DNA of 33,276 bases, taken from positions 85,150,183-85,183,458 of the forward strand of contig NC_068984.1 of NCBI RefSeq assembly GCF_001194135.2, in the 5' to 3' direction. Positions 1 through 11,384 of the stretch are shown one piece after another (the stretch's first letter is position 1; each line of letters opens with the position of its first letter). The notes under the pieces are model-generated. The model had not been told where the DNA came from. It did not search any database and saw nothing but the letters and a program-made list of their open reading frames with translations. This DNA is from Octopus bimaculoides. Lineage: Eukaryota. Made by a program: the position numbers and the translations under genes.

Positions 1-78
1 GGAGGATGAGGAGGGGAAGATTAGTGGAATCAAAAATATAATATTTATGTGTGTCTCTTCTTCTCCCTTCGCTCGTTC

Positions 79-79
<1 letters not shown>

Positions 80-124
<45 letters not shown>

Positions 125-253
125 TGTGCGTGCGTTCGTGTGTGTGCGCGCGCGCGCGTATGTGTGTGTGTGTGCGTGCGTGCGTGTGTGTGTGTGTATG
201 TGTGTGTGTGTGTGTGTGCGCGTGCATGTGTGTATGTGTATGTGTGTGTGTGT
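80..253. repeat. Compound (TG)n/(TGCG)n microsatellite
   Basis: Direct reading; it generates the CV/TH pseudo-ORFs at 45-456. Confidence 0.95.
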
Positions 254-462
254 CGGCGTTTTCGAACGAGCAATACTGTTTGAGAAGCATCTCTAAATCA
301 TATCCTCTTCATCATCATCTTCGTCATCATCATCATCGTTCCCACAAGCGACATCACCAACAACAGTATTACAATCATCATCGTCATCATCAACCATGTT
401 ATGTGTTTTTTTATTTTTTTATTCGGACTCTTTACAATTTTTTTTTGTTCAAATAACACCTT

Positions 463-590
463 GGTCAACTGTGCCTTTCTTCTGATTTCGGGGTCGATAA
501 ATAAAGTTCCAGTCAAGTACTGGGATTGATTTAATCGACTGTACCCCTTCCTCAGATATCTAAACTTCTGCCAGAGTTAGAAGCAATCAT
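463..590 (+). mobile_element. tRNA-derived SINE (family A), 3' half
   Basis: GGGGTCGATAAATAAAG..CCAGT..GTACTGGGATTGATTTAATCGACT matches the reverse complement of the other family A copies (2765, 9068). Confidence 0.7.
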
Positions 591-730
591 CATCACCATC
601 AGCAACATCAGTCCTAAGTAAACAATATTAAAATAATGAATAAGGACGATGACGCACGAAAATATGCTGCTATATCTTTCTCTCGTCGAAACCTCCCAAG
701 AAGAAAAGAAAAGAAAATGGAGATTAGGAA

Positions 731-946
731 GTCAATAATTGTTTATTATTATTTCACGCTGAAATGGATTGAGAAGCTCACATATAACATCCAAAGGTAC
801 ATCTTTTTACCTCTGATGAAATTTACTCATATCACATAAATGTAAATTTAATGTACAAATTCGTAATTAAATTATTGAGTATTTATTGAAACGACTTTGA
901 GAATCGAAGATGACCAATTTGTTGTTAATAATAAACAATTATTAAC
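731..946. mobile_element. Candidate MITE with 18-bp perfect terminal inverted repeats
   Basis: AATAATTGTTTATTATTA (734-751) is the exact reverse complement of TAATAATAAACAATTATT (926-943); non-coding interior. Confidence 0.5.
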
Positions 947-1135
947 TTCTTTTCTTCTTTTAAATGGATTTAAACTATATGCTTTATACATACCTAATGT
1001 TTTTTATGGGAATTTCATCTCCCCAAAATACTAGGTATTGAACCAGTCTTTCCTTGGATGCGACCATGCCTTCACGAGGTTAACATATCCTCTAATTAAA
1101 TATGTGTATATGTTTATATATATATATATATATAT

Positions 1136-1677
1136 NNNNNNNNNNNNNNNNNNNNNNNNNNNNNNNNNNNNNNNNNNNNNNNNNNNNNNNNNNNNNNNNN
1201 NNNNNNNNNNNNNNNNNNNNNNNNNNNNNNNNNNNNNNNNNNNNNNNNNNNNNNNNNNNNNNNNNNNNNNNNNNNNNNNNNNNNNNNNNNNNNNNNNNNN
1301 NNNNNNNNNNNNNNNNNNNNNNNNNNNNNNNNNNNNNNNNNNNNNNNNNNNNNNNNNNNNNNNNNNNNNNNNNNNNNNNNNNNNNNNNNNNNNNNNNNNN
1401 NNNNNNNNNNNNNNNNNNNNNNNNNNNNNNNNNNNNNNNNNNNNNNNNNNNNNNNNNNNNNNNNNNNNNNNNNNNNNNNNNNNNNNNNNNNNNNNNNNNN
1501 NNNNNNNNNNNNNNNNNNNNNNNNNNNNNNNNNNNNNNNNNNNNNNNNNNNNNNNNNNNNNNNNNNNNNNNNNNNNNNNNNNNNNNNNNNNNNNNNNNNN
1601 NNNNNNNNNNNNNNNNNNNNNNNNNNNNNNNNNNNNNNNNNNNNNNNNNNNNNNNNNNNNNNNNNNNNNNNNNNNNN
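1136..1677. other. Assembly gap (542 N). Other gaps: 2006-2061, 6634-7064, 7807-8091, 10398-11384, 16193-16202, 22831-23212, 32293-32302
   Basis: N runs; most abut microsatellites. Confidence 1.
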
Positions 1678-2141
1678 GAAACAAGGAGAGAAAATAAAGA
1701 ATGTGTAGTTGCTAGCGATCTATCATGGCGAATGCCGGACGGAGGGGTCACACAGGAGAGCTAGGAAGAAGGGGAGATAATAAAGTTGTGGTGATCCCAA
1801 AACGAAGGAGCGTGCGTGTGTATAAGAGAGTATCCATGTGCGTGTGGAAGAGGGCTGGTGACCTTGACGTGTGCGTGTCTGTATGTGTAGGTGTGTGGAT
1901 GATGGTGTGGGGCTGGGAAATGGTCAGTGCTAGTGTGTGCGTGGTGGTGTGATGTGATGTGGTGTTGTGTGGTATGGTGGTGTATGGGGTGGTGGCGTGT
2001 GGTGTNNNNNNNNNNNNNNNNNNNNNNNNNNNNNNNNNNNNNNNNNNNNNNNNNNNNNNNNTGTTATGTAGTGGAGGTGTTGCTGTTAAAAGACGAAAAA
2101 AGAAGAGGAAGAAGGGGGAGAGGCAGAAGGAGATGATGACA

Positions 2142-2142
<1 letters not shown>

Positions 2143-2216
<74 letters not shown>

Positions 2217-2300
2217 CAGCAGCAGCAGCAGCAGCAGCGGCAGTAGTAGTAGTAGTCGCAGCAGCAGCAGCAGCAGCAGAAGAAGAAGAAGAAGAAGAAG
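2143..2300. repeat. Compound (CAG)n/(TAG)n/(AAG)n trinucleotide repeat
   Basis: Direct reading. Confidence 0.95.
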
Positions 2301-2496
2301 ACGTAGAGGAGGGAGGAGGAAGAGGAGGAGAGAATGGGAGTCAGAAGAGCGGTGTAAGGAGGAGAGGAAACAAATTGTAAGGAATGGTAAAGGTAGGACA
2401 GGACCAAAGAACAAGAAAAAGAACCGAAGGAAGAAAGGGAAGAAAGAAAAAGAAGAGAAGAAAAAATAAATGAATGAGAAATAAGAAAAAACAAAA

Positions 2497-2698
2497 TAGC
2501 ATGGAGTTTATCTATAATATGAAGTCAGTACTGAGAATTGACAAAATGCGCTTCAAAATAAACTGCAGCCCGACATTTCATTGGGAACACTCAACCGTTA
2601 TCCAGCCCGAATTTCCACAACGCTAACTGAAAATCAAATGGAAATATCCTCTAAAAGATCCGAAATTCCCTCTGTGCATGACAATATCATGAAATTAA
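2497..2698 (+). mobile_element. 202-bp CR1-like LINE fragment, duplicate of 4772-4973
   Basis: 13 mismatches in 202 bp by manual alignment. Encodes PNFHNAN*KS, like the LNFxxAxW motif that follows the LINE endonuclease. Confidence 0.75.
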
Positions 2699-2764
2699 GA
2701 AGTAAAGCACAAAACAATAACGAAAACAATAATAATTCTTTCTACTATAGACAAAAGGTATGAC

Positions 2765-2937
2765 ATTTTAGGGGAGGGCGCTAGTCGATTGCACCGACTG
2801 GTACTTATTTTACAAACCTCGAAAGGATGAAAGGCAAAGTTGACTCCGGTAGAATTTGAACCCAGAACGTAAAGACGGACAAGATGCCGATAAGCATTTC
2901 ACCCGGTGTGCTAACGATTCTGCCAGCTCACGCCTTA
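2765..2937 (-). mobile_element. tRNA-derived SINE (family A)
   Basis: Minus strand reads TAAGGCGTGAGCTGGCAGAATCGTTAGC (A-box-like TGGCAGAATC) ... GGGTTCAAATT (B-box-like). Multiple copies in window. Confidence 0.85.
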
Positions 2938-3519
2938 ATAGCAACAACGATAACATAGAAGAAAAAAAAATCATGAACACTAAGGCTATAACGATTTAAA
3001 ACAAAAAGTAAAATAACAGTTTCACCAACCAAACAACCAATTTCTAAGTTCATTGAAACAAAACGGTTTTCTTCAAATCACGCTTTATTGGTATGTTTTC
3101 GTTTCTACTAATTATTTAACAACAAGGTTCTGTTTCCAGCTACATCAGAATGTGCAGGGATCAGTTTCACAGCTGGTGAAGTTGGGTGTGAGGTATGGAC
3201 AGATTGACAGTTTTATCTGACACAAGATGGCATCAAGAGGGCATATTAATTCTACTGCTGTTGTCAAACATGTTGTCAGCAGCCGTAGTAAAAAAAAAAC
3301 TGTTGAGACTAATGATGATGATGATGATGAATTAGATGAGATGAAAATGGGGTGGGGTGGAGGAAAGGTAGGAGGAAGGGGATCAAAAATGTAGGGAGTT
3401 CATGCGGACAATGAAAGATTTGTTGTTGAGCAGACAAGTGGGTTTACATATTTTTCACATAGCTTTATCTACCACCTGAACTTGCAGGTGCGCTATATAG
3501 CTACAACGCCGATTAGCAG

Positions 3520-3520
<1 letters not shown>

Positions 3521-3565
<45 letters not shown>
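3521..3565. repeat. (CA)n microsatellite
   Basis: Direct reading. Confidence 0.95.
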
Positions 3566-3567
<2 letters not shown>

Positions 3568-4499
3568 ATAAAAAGGAGCCTCAGTAAAATGCGACACGCA
3601 ACCAAAATCAAACTCAGAATTGGGTTCCAGGCTCCACTCCAATAACCTGTGTAGTACAACACGGTGCAGCAAACTCAGGATAGGCGAGAGTGCAGAATGC
3701 GAGCCAAATGAGAGAAAAAATAATAATAAGCAGGAAAAGACATGGTATTCAAAGTTTGATAGGACATACACGCGTTTCGGCGACATGCCAAAATAATTAC
3801 ATAACAATATAGGTATTATGCAATGTTTCTACTACTGTTATGCAATTATTCCGGCATTTTAATGAAACTCGTGTATGCCCTATTAAGCTTTCAATACCTC
3901 ACCTGCTTTATACTTCTTATTTTCTATATATACATATATGTAAATATATATGTAGATGTGTGTGTATGTACGCGTGCACTCGCACTTACATAAACACACG
4001 TGTATTCTGTAGCAACAGTGAGCATTCGATTCATGGCGCACAGTCATAATAATAATGTTAACTAACAAACATTTACAGATTCACACATAAAATAAACTTA
4101 GTAATATAAATATTAACACTAAAATTTATCTGCTCGGCTTGAGGAGAAACCAGAGTAATTTAACACTAAAATTAACAACAGTTTTGTTCAAAGTTCATGA
4201 CTTTGTGATGCTAGTATACTGAAACCAGCAAGGAAAGGGCATTTGGATTGAACAGAAGCCCAATTTTTACATATCATTAATGCTGTTCCATATGATGGTT
4301 GGTGGAAAGAGGGGACAGCTAGTTTACAATATTATTTCTGCAAGTTTGCAACAATATTTCTTTCAAGAAGTTTACGTATGGAGACCGTACAAAAATGTAC
4401 ATTTGTGAAAATATCACACCCTTGTTTCTGTTAGTACATACAAATTCAGATTGTAAGATACTAATACTACATATAAAGCAATACTTTATAGTTATATGT

Positions 4500-6230
4500 A
4501 CAGTATATCTCCCATCAAGTAGCTCGTCATGACAGAAAATTTGAGGAGTACCTCAGAAAGTTAGGAGTATTATTCAGACTGGAACACTGAATCACTCTTT
4601 GACGTTGTTCCTACCTTAATTCTCAGCCTCAAAGAATCATGTTCTATCAGGAATATCACAGTGAGACTAAAGATCTGCAGAATCTCTTCTTGGCCTCCCC
4701 GACTTGCTGTTTATCAAACAAATATCTTACCCAACCACGGGCTAGAACATTCTAGATTTCTGCTTCCAAAGTAGCATGAAGCTTATCCATAATATGAAGT
4801 CAGTACTGAGAATTGACAAAATGCGCTTCAAAATAAACTACAGCCCGACATTTCATTGGGAACACTCAAGCGTTATCCAGCCTGAATTTCAATAACGCTC
4901 ACTGGAAATCAAGTGAAAATATCTTCTAAAAGATCCGAAATTCCCTCTGTGCATGACAATATCATGAAATTAAAGTAATATACGTTAATAACGCAAGCTA
5001 TTTGCGTTAAATTTGTCCCAGAGAGAGTGAGGACTACATTCACAAAAATTTAATTCTCAGGGACAAAAGTATTCTGATGAAACAAAGAGCAAATATCTGA
5101 ATTCGTTTAAATAAACAAATCACTGGCAACGAAAAATATCCCTTTTAAAAAGGATTCTCTTATTAAACTGGGGTTAAAAATCAAAGCCATAGTTTCATTG
5201 ATTCAGTGAAATAGGGTACTAACTGCAGAGTCCTTTAAGGCTTGTGAAATACTGAATGAATTATTCAACACTATTTTCACTACACCGACGGGAAATATGC
5301 AAATAAATAAGCTGAATGAGTTTTTCAATATTACAAGTGTGAAATGGGAAGTGACGACTATCAATTACTATCATATAAAGGAAGATGAAAGAATAGGTCC
5401 AAATTTAGCTTGATGGGCTCTTGACAATTCTCTTGAAATTATACTATAAGCATAATCATTTTAGATGCTTTCAGATACTTTTCGAAATCTTCATACAAGT
5501 TGTATACTCCCCACAAAAGTTAAAGAAAGGGATTTGTCTTATCTGTAAAGGAGTGAGTTGATTAGATGCTAACAATAACAGGCCTGTCTATCTCTGAATT
5601 CACAAATCAGCGACGCCTTAGACATTCAGAGTAGATTCCTTTTTATATATTTGATCGCAAAGACATGATATTTAGAGTAACAGTCAGAGTAGATTCCGAA
5701 GCTGTCTCATACAACTTTTAGAACGTAATAATTAGAGAGAGAGAAGAAGCTGCACAACTAGTCAAATGCAAATGTGATATATCTCGACTTAAAGAAAGTA
5801 TCTCAACATGTAGGTATTTCACAAACTACATGGTCTCGAAGGAGAATCGCTGCCTGACTTCATAAAGGATAAGAGTCAAGCTGTTACAGACAACAGTGTT
5901 CTTTCCAAAACTGCATGAATTACAAATAGAATATACACATGGATATGTTTAGAACGATCACTGTTTGTAGCAGCTCTATCACACACGCTTCTAATGAATC
6001 TTTCGAGCACTCATTTTCACTCGGGATTATTTTTGGTACGAAGAAAATACCAATGGCAATCACAGTGACATCAAATAACACATGAAAAACCTCGATAAAA
6101 AAAAAACTGGACTGATAATACCATTCCCTTATAATTAAATCCTTCAGGTATTTTGCTATTAGCCCTCTAAAGATTGTAGCCAGGATATACAAGACCAGAT
6201 TGTAATCCCAGAGTCATAGCCAGTGTATGA
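4500..6230 (+). pseudogene. Highly decayed CR1-like LINE ORF2 (APE endonuclease tail plus reverse transcriptase)
   Basis: Manual translation gives PTTG*NILDFCF (about 4731-4766; cf. PTRxxNILDLCF), LNFNNAHWKS, PQKLKKGICLICKGVS*LDANNNRPV (5511-5588; cf. DxxNYRPISL), NVIYLDLKKV (5771-5800; cf. YLDFxKAFD) and DFIKDKSQAVT. Many stops and frameshifts; both edges approximate. Confidence 0.75.
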
Positions 6231-6548
6231 TAGTACAAGGATTAAGAACAGTAATGAAACATCATTGCATGAAAACTCTTTGTTTCTCTCTCCCTCTCTC
6301 CTTCTCTCTTTCCCTCTCTTTCACTCTCTCTCTCTCTATCTTCATACAGGCACACACAGCCACACGCGTACGCTCACATACATTCGGGATATTGACAGTT
6401 AGGTTTAAACTTTCAACAAAGAACTCAAAAATATAGTGAACGATCATGTTTCCGAGTATTATATATAGTAATGTAGGAAAATTTAACAGTATGTCACGTG
6501 ATAACAGCCTGTCATGTTATACATACATTGAAATAACTATACGCGTTT

Positions 6549-6570
6549 CATACATACATACATACATACA

Positions 6571-6633
<63 letters not shown>

Positions 6634-7064
6634 NNNNNNNNNNNNNNNNNNNNNNNNNNNNNNNNNNNNNNNNNNNNNNNNNNNNNNNNNNNNNNNNNNN
6701 NNNNNNNNNNNNNNNNNNNNNNNNNNNNNNNNNNNNNNNNNNNNNNNNNNNNNNNNNNNNNNNNNNNNNNNNNNNNNNNNNNNNNNNNNNNNNNNNNNNN
6801 NNNNNNNNNNNNNNNNNNNNNNNNNNNNNNNNNNNNNNNNNNNNNNNNNNNNNNNNNNNNNNNNNNNNNNNNNNNNNNNNNNNNNNNNNNNNNNNNNNNN
6901 NNNNNNNNNNNNNNNNNNNNNNNNNNNNNNNNNNNNNNNNNNNNNNNNNNNNNNNNNNNNNNNNNNNNNNNNNNNNNNNNNNNNNNNNNNNNNNNNNNNN
7001 NNNNNNNNNNNNNNNNNNNNNNNNNNNNNNNNNNNNNNNNNNNNNNNNNNNNNNNNNNNNNNNN

Positions 7065-7105
<41 letters not shown>

Positions 7106-7136
7106 ATACGTATATATATATACATATACATACATA
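6549..7136. repeat. (TACA)n/(TG)n microsatellite spanning gap 6634-7064
   Basis: Direct reading on both sides of the gap. Confidence 0.9.
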
Positions 7137-7138
7137 TG

Positions 7139-7806
7139 GTCAATAAGTATCCGACTGTTGCCTTAATAGCGAAGCTAAAGCACGCAGAGTGAAGCTGCTT
7201 GGCACGGATTGACCTTGAACTCTGCTGTGCATGCGCATTTAGTTTTAACGTTCTAACTCACTTCCGGTGTTTACAGCAGTGCTTTGAAGGAAGTTGTGTA
7301 GCTTGTGATCGTCGCATTGACCATGACAGAGGAAGTTGTCATGGCGATACCTGCTCAGAAGCCAACGCAAATTTGTAGAAAGTGTATGGAGCCGCACACA
7401 GGTGCTTCCAGAATGGCCGAAAACATGTCAATATCAACGAACGTTCTGAAGATTTCGGTTTGAGACGCGTGTCTACCAAGTTTGTACCAAAACTACTCCC
7501 AGCTGACCAAAATGACACTCGGGTTTCAGTTGCACAAGATCTCTTTGGTTGTGTCGAGAACGATGAAAGCTTTTTGAAAACTTTGCGTAGGACTGTGCGC
7601 AGGTATCGCCAAACTTTCTCTGTCATGGTCAATGCGACGATCACACGCTACACGCCTTCCTTCCAAGTACTGCTGTAAACAGCGAAAGTGAGCTAGAACA
7701 CTAAAACTTAGAGCGCATGCACATCAGAGTTCAAAGTCAATCTGTGCCAATCGGCTTTACTCTGCGCGCTTTAGCTTTGTTACTATGGCAACAGTCCAGA
7801 TACTTA
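7139..7806 (+). mobile_element. Non-autonomous Tc1/mariner derivative with about 225-bp inverted arms and an internally deleted transposase fragment
   Basis: ORF 7382-7678 contains EDFGLRRVSTKFVPKLLPADQNDTRVSVAQDLFGCVENDESFLKT, a mariner linker (WVPKLL-like) just before the catalytic domain. Arms 7144-7371 and 7582-7806 are inverted copies. Confidence 0.85.
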
Positions 7807-8091
7807 NNNNNNNNNNNNNNNNNNNNNNNNNNNNNNNNNNNNNNNNNNNNNNNNNNNNNNNNNNNNNNNNNNNNNNNNNNNNNNNNNNNNNNNNNNNNNN
7901 NNNNNNNNNNNNNNNNNNNNNNNNNNNNNNNNNNNNNNNNNNNNNNNNNNNNNNNNNNNNNNNNNNNNNNNNNNNNNNNNNNNNNNNNNNNNNNNNNNNN
8001 NNNNNNNNNNNNNNNNNNNNNNNNNNNNNNNNNNNNNNNNNNNNNNNNNNNNNNNNNNNNNNNNNNNNNNNNNNNNNNNNNNNNNNNNNNN

Positions 8092-8129
<38 letters not shown>

Positions 8130-8284
8130 TATATATACATACGTAAACACATACATAATACATTCATATATATATAGAGAGAAGGGGAGAGAGAAAGACA
8201 AGCAAATACATTGCAGAGGGAGACCGATTGATAGATAGACAGTCACACAGACAGACTGGCTGACAGACAGACAATCAGGCGAGC

Positions 8285-8359
<75 letters not shown>

Positions 8360-8420
8360 CAGATTAGCAAGCAGGCAGTCAAGCTAACAGACAGGCAGGC
8401 AGATAAACAGACGGACAGGC
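8092..8420. repeat. (AT)n, (GACA)n and (GATA)n microsatellites
   Basis: Direct reading; pure (GATA)n at about 8285-8358. Confidence 0.9.
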
Positions 8421-8818
8421 ATATAATATACGTTACTATAAAAACACTTCGATGCATTATGTCAGGCACACAGAGACAAACATATAGTAAACCCTTAAAG
8501 TCAGCAAAACCGTCATACTTAGGCGTTAAAGGTCAACTATCAACTGTTGCGTTTGGTATTATCACTGATATAGCTTGCCCTGACTTAAAAAAAAGGTCAA
8601 ACCTAGAAGTGAGAAGGTCAACTTTAGAAGGTTCATTTGCATAAGTATTCATTGCATTGAGCATCAAAGTTGTGAACTCTGTGTTACTTTGAATAGAAAA
8701 CAACAAACTGTTTAAAGATGAGAAAGTTTGCTCTTTTTGATGGGATTAGTGCAAAAGCAAACGGCAATAATAAAGATGAGAGGATGTACGTGCGTTTGTG
8801 CGTGCGTGTGTGTGTGTA

Positions 8819-8867
<49 letters not shown>

Positions 8868-9067
8868 AATACATACACATACACTTACACATTTGCATTC
8901 ATGCTCATTGTTAGTCACCGCCTTAACGTTACGTTATTGATAGCTTCTCGGAAAGTATGCGTTTTAATGAAACGACGTAGAGCGAAACCTCTCATACCAT
9001 AGGTTCAATTTCTACGTACATTCATTGCTACAAAGGCCTGATCTTAATAGACTCAAACTATTTATAA

Positions 9068-9287
9068 TATTGATTTCAAATTTTGGCACAAGGCCAGCAA
9101 TTTCGGGCGATGGGATAACTCGATTATATCGACCCCAGTGCTCAACTGATACTTATTTTATCGACCTCGTGAGGATGAAAGGCAAAGTTGACCTCGGCGG
9201 CATTTAAACCCAGAACGTAAAGACGGACAAAATGCTGCTAAGCCTTTCCGTCCGGTGTGTTAACGATTCTGCCAGCTCACTGCCTTA
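9068..9287 (-). mobile_element. tRNA-derived SINE (family A), near full length
   Basis: Same A/B-box head and body as 2765-2937; 3' end GTGCCAAAATTTGAAATCAA. Confidence 0.9.
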
Positions 9288-9316
9288 AAAGTATTTCTAA
9301 TATTAAACAATGAAAC

Positions 9317-9457
9317 AAATTCCGCCGAGATCGACTTTACCTTTCGTTCTTTCGGAATCGATAGAGTTAGTGCCAGTTGAACACTGGGATCGATGCAATC
9401 AACATATCCCCACCCACGAAATTACTGGGCTTTGTGCCAAAATTTGAAATCAATATT
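9317..9457 (+). mobile_element. tRNA-derived SINE (family A), 5'-truncated
   Basis: AAATTCCGCCGAGATCGACTTT...GTGCCAAAATTTGAAATCAATATT; inverted relative to 9068-9287. Confidence 0.85.
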
Positions 9458-9545
9458 AAATAATGAAACATTCGCTCACATGTATCTTTCCTACATACAT
9501 ACGTATGCATGTAAGCCTGTATATGCTTCACACATATTTAAAAAA

Positions 9546-9815
9546 GGCATGGTTGTGTCGTAAGAAGCTTGCTTCCCAACCCCATGGTTTCGGGTTCAGT
9601 TCCACTGCGTGGCACCCTGTGCAAGTGTCTTCTACAATAGCCTAGGACCGACAAAAGCCTTGTGAGTGGATTTGGTAGACGCCCGGAAGAAGTCCGTCGT
9701 ATATGTATATATGTATATATATTTACGTGTTTCTCTTTGTCTGTGTTTGTCTTACCACTATCGCTTGACAACCGATGTCGGTGTGTTCGCCTCCCCGTAA
9801 ATTAGTGGTTCTCGC
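9546..9815 (+). mobile_element. tRNA-derived SINE (family B, CORE-like body), 3'-truncated
   Basis: GGTTGTGTCGTAAGAAGC..GGGTTCAGTTCC head, then GGCACCCTGTGCAAGTGTCTTCTAC..GCCTTGTGAGTGGATTTGGTAGAC, shared with 28650 and 32339. Octopus tRNA-SINE families (OK/OR1/OR2) are known; family assignment not verified. Confidence 0.85.
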
Positions 9816-10010
9816 ACAGTTGTTGATTAAAGGCTGAGAGCTCTTCCAATATTTGGGGTTTGCAATGCATGTATCCATCGTTGGATCTCCGCAACAATCC
9901 TAATTTATTTTCAAATATTACACTTTTTCTGTTTTCTCTTAATGTGTCCTCAAATGGGTCACAAAGTATGTTCTTGTAGTCATGGCAACAGAAATACATA
10001 TAACGAAAAA

Positions 10011-10065
10011 CATATTTGCAGAGTGGAATACATATTTGCAGAGTGGAATACATATTTGCAGAGTG
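10011..10065. repeat. 20-bp tandem repeat (CATATTTGCAGAGTGGAATA) x2.75
   Basis: Units at 10011, 10031 and 10051. Confidence 0.95.
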
Positions 10066-11384
10066 AAAACTGTATGAATCACTTCCTTACACAAACACTC
10101 AGATCAAAAACAAACAATAATAAAAAAAAAAACTGGATTGTTTTAGTTTGTGCTTTTACCTTTCCCTTCTCTATACTAATTTATTTACTTGTCCTTATTT
10201 ATTATAATTTTCATTTAATTCCATGTCTTAAACGCAAGTAGAAAAGCGACTTAGTGGAAACTGAAAAGAAAACATTCTGCATTCAATACATCGAAGTAAG
10301 TAGAGTTTTGAGAATCTGAAGTAGATTAACAGAGATCAAACAGACCCCACTTTAGAAATGTATTAATTACTATGTGTTAAATATAATTCCACTGTTTNNN
10401 NNNNNNNNNNNNNNNNNNNNNNNNNNNNNNNNNNNNNNNNNNNNNNNNNNNNNNNNNNNNNNNNNNNNNNNNNNNNNNNNNNNNNNNNNNNNNNNNNNNN
10501 NNNNNNNNNNNNNNNNNNNNNNNNNNNNNNNNNNNNNNNNNNNNNNNNNNNNNNNNNNNNNNNNNNNNNNNNNNNNNNNNNNNNNNNNNNNNNNNNNNNN
10601 NNNNNNNNNNNNNNNNNNNNNNNNNNNNNNNNNNNNNNNNNNNNNNNNNNNNNNNNNNNNNNNNNNNNNNNNNNNNNNNNNNNNNNNNNNNNNNNNNNNN
10701 NNNNNNNNNNNNNNNNNNNNNNNNNNNNNNNNNNNNNNNNNNNNNNNNNNNNNNNNNNNNNNNNNNNNNNNNNNNNNNNNNNNNNNNNNNNNNNNNNNNN
10801 NNNNNNNNNNNNNNNNNNNNNNNNNNNNNNNNNNNNNNNNNNNNNNNNNNNNNNNNNNNNNNNNNNNNNNNNNNNNNNNNNNNNNNNNNNNNNNNNNNNN
10901 NNNNNNNNNNNNNNNNNNNNNNNNNNNNNNNNNNNNNNNNNNNNNNNNNNNNNNNNNNNNNNNNNNNNNNNNNNNNNNNNNNNNNNNNNNNNNNNNNNNN
11001 NNNNNNNNNNNNNNNNNNNNNNNNNNNNNNNNNNNNNNNNNNNNNNNNNNNNNNNNNNNNNNNNNNNNNNNNNNNNNNNNNNNNNNNNNNNNNNNNNNNN
11101 NNNNNNNNNNNNNNNNNNNNNNNNNNNNNNNNNNNNNNNNNNNNNNNNNNNNNNNNNNNNNNNNNNNNNNNNNNNNNNNNNNNNNNNNNNNNNNNNNNNN
11201 NNNNNNNNNNNNNNNNNNNNNNNNNNNNNNNNNNNNNNNNNNNNNNNNNNNNNNNNNNNNNNNNNNNNNNNNNNNNNNNNNNNNNNNNNNNNNNNNNNNN
11301 NNNNNNNNNNNNNNNNNNNNNNNNNNNNNNNNNNNNNNNNNNNNNNNNNNNNNNNNNNNNNNNNNNNNNNNNNNNNNNNNNNNN

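Noticed and set aside
45-456. ORFs rich in CV, TH, YI, MYVC or poly-L/T/S/N (here and throughout the track)
   Set aside because: Translations of di-, tri- and tetranucleotide microsatellites that lack stops; no coding evidence.
1031-1764. Long ORFs containing X runs (also 6446-7192, 7717-8246, 10363-11774, 22526-23367)
   Set aside because: Artefacts of reading through N gaps.
2765-2937. tRNA genes suggested by A/B boxes
   Set aside because: These are SINE heads; no complete cloverleaf, and they continue into SINE bodies.
3567-3584. TATAAAA followed by a TCAGT initiator-like motif
   Set aside because: Spacing is about 13 bp instead of 25-30; such motifs are common in AT-rich DNA.
9802-10053. 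83-aa minus-strand ORF in unique-looking DNA
   Set aside because: Starts inside the 20-bp tandem repeat and ends in a SINE; no recognisable motif or clear splice sites.
10011-10065. Short direct repeats as a possible CRISPR array (also 17991-18065)
   Set aside because: Head-to-tail units with no spacers, eukaryotic context, no cas genes.
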